Below are positions 62,443-64,000 of a stretch of DNA of 64,000 nucleotides, one piece after another. How positions within the stretch are numbered: position 1 is the first letter of the stretch; each line of letters begins with the position of its first letter. The notes beneath the pieces were generated by a model, which ran no database searches, was not told where the DNA came from, and saw only the letters and a program-made list of their open reading frames with translations. Source of the DNA: Veleropilina oligotropha (Eukaryota). A program made the translations under genes and the position numbers. The stretch lies in NCBI GenBank assembly GCA_048128005.1, contig JBEUKZ010000036.1:1-64000 (forward strand), read 5' to 3'.

Positions 62443-63310
62443 CCTGGAACTCCGGCCACCTCACCTGGAATCAACATATAAAGGTAATATTCGGTGGGCA
62501 ATGCATTCCATGTATCATATTTTACAAGACCGTATGAATAATAGAATTGGATCTGGTTACCTTGGATGATAATTCAATCTGTATTCCACTGCCAGACGGA
62601 AGAAGAATTATATTTCCCAGAATGTGTCATATGCCTGGCCCAGGATGTTAGCTATGATACTGGTAGTTATCTCAAAAGGTTATGTAATATGGTAAAATGC
62701 TCGGTCAATCGCGACCGCATATGTATATGCATATGTATATGCATATGTATCCCCCGGCAAATCCAAGAAGGTCGGACCACACGAGAAATGTATAGATATT
62801 GTGTCCTCGACCCAACCAATGTACATACCAAATTTGGAAACATTCCGTTATGAAATTCCCTGTCTAGATTGTTCACGAGGAATCTCTTGGCAGCGGCAGA
62901 TGCGCATTACATACGCTAAACAACAGTATACCCCAAAAGTTATTAAGAGATAAAATTAATTTGCTCAAACTAAAAAAAGATATATTTTGGTAAACTTTTG
63001 GTCTTATAATTAATATACATTCTGAAGTTTGATGCTGGAATTCAATGAACACATTCATCCAAAAACGCCAATCACAACATCGGACTTATATTACATACCT
63101 ATGTACAGACACAGTGAAAGCAATATATATGCTCTTCGGGAATATCTTGCAAAGGCATAAAAAACGTTTCGATAAGATGCTGGTGTCTTCTATATATACA
63201 TATATATGCTTCTTACAGATCCCTTTGATGTGCATTTCACAAACATCAATACACAATTTCCCTTCTTAAAATCCGAGTCCACACTGTTTCATCAAGATGA
63301 ACGCAATGAA

Positions 63311-64000
63311 AAGAGGATTAAGGGTAATCCTAGTATTAACAATAATATACTTACGTCCTTACTAATGCCATAATGGCCCCATTATCGCTAAACCGGAAGT
63401 TGAAAATTTTTACAATTTTTGCACCTCTTATTAAAAACTTACCTCCCCTTCCTACCACCTCTCCAGGTTCCCAATAGAATACGCATCAGAAGACCCCAAT
63501 AGAATGCGTATATCAACTCATTCAAGTGTCCTAGCGAAACCACAGCTATATCAGGAACTTAGAGAGGGGAGGAATGCGTGTACCACGCATAGGGAGGGCA
63601 AAACGAGTAAGGACGTAAGTATATTATTGTTAATACTAGGATTACCCTTAATCCTCTTATTAACTACAAATATACTTACGTCCTTACTAATGCCAGAATA
63701 ACCTTGGATAGGCGGGCTAAGTTCTAGTGTAAACACAACAACCAACCCATAATCAAGATTATAAATACTCACGCCATCTGAATCAGCCTCGTAGAGATGA
63801 CTCGAAATGATCCGCCCAGAGAGAAATGATCTGAGTATTATTTCTACTCTTACCGCGAATAAGTTTGACCAGTAAACCTGGGATAAACTCGCTCGAGTGG
63901 GTTAGTGGATCGAGATGGCAAGAAGTGCAGTCATCCCCTGACCTGGACGTATGTAATACACCGGACTCTCAGATCTAGGGTAGAAGTGACCAAATGGAAG
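63311..64000 (-). mobile_element. 3' terminus (ITR and ICR) of a second, diverged DIRS element that runs off the window
   Basis: The terminus AAGAGGATTAAGGG..ATACTTACGTCCTTACT is mirrored at 63606-63658, followed by the second ICR half. Same layout and core motif as 49028-49440. Confidence 0.8.

Overview
AT-rich, repeat-dense eukaryotic DNA, most likely an invertebrate animal (spliceosomal introns, a PRD-class homeobox gene, a Porcupine orthologue). Host genes: (i) a 3-exon Q50 PRD-class homeobox gene with an eh1-like motif (+, 1629-13583) and (ii) a 12-exon porcupine/PORCN Wnt O-acyltransferase (-, 62442-38776), both reconstructed by hand with consistent splice phases. The standout is a 15.1-kb, GC-richer endogenous Polinton-like virus (16885-31987). 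It has 187-bp perfect TIRs, AG..CT termini and a 5-bp TSD, and encodes an rve integrase, a packaging ATPase, candidate major and minor capsid proteins, several membrane proteins and a secreted Cys-rich protein. Its replication gene is unusual: a divergent family-B polymerase core fused to an SF1 (RecD/Pif1-like) helicase and a C-terminal HNH-like Zn domain. I recognise no exonuclease domain and no adenain protease. Also present: a complete DIRS retrotransposon in PORCN intron 4 whose gag appears to contain a spliceosomal intron, the end of a second DIRS, a decayed DD37D Tc1/mariner, LINE fragments, tRNA-derived SINEs, Harbinger- and pogo-like non-autonomous elements, many Helentron-type (HINE-like) elements, and satellites. 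All family assignments come from motif recognition only; no database searches were run.
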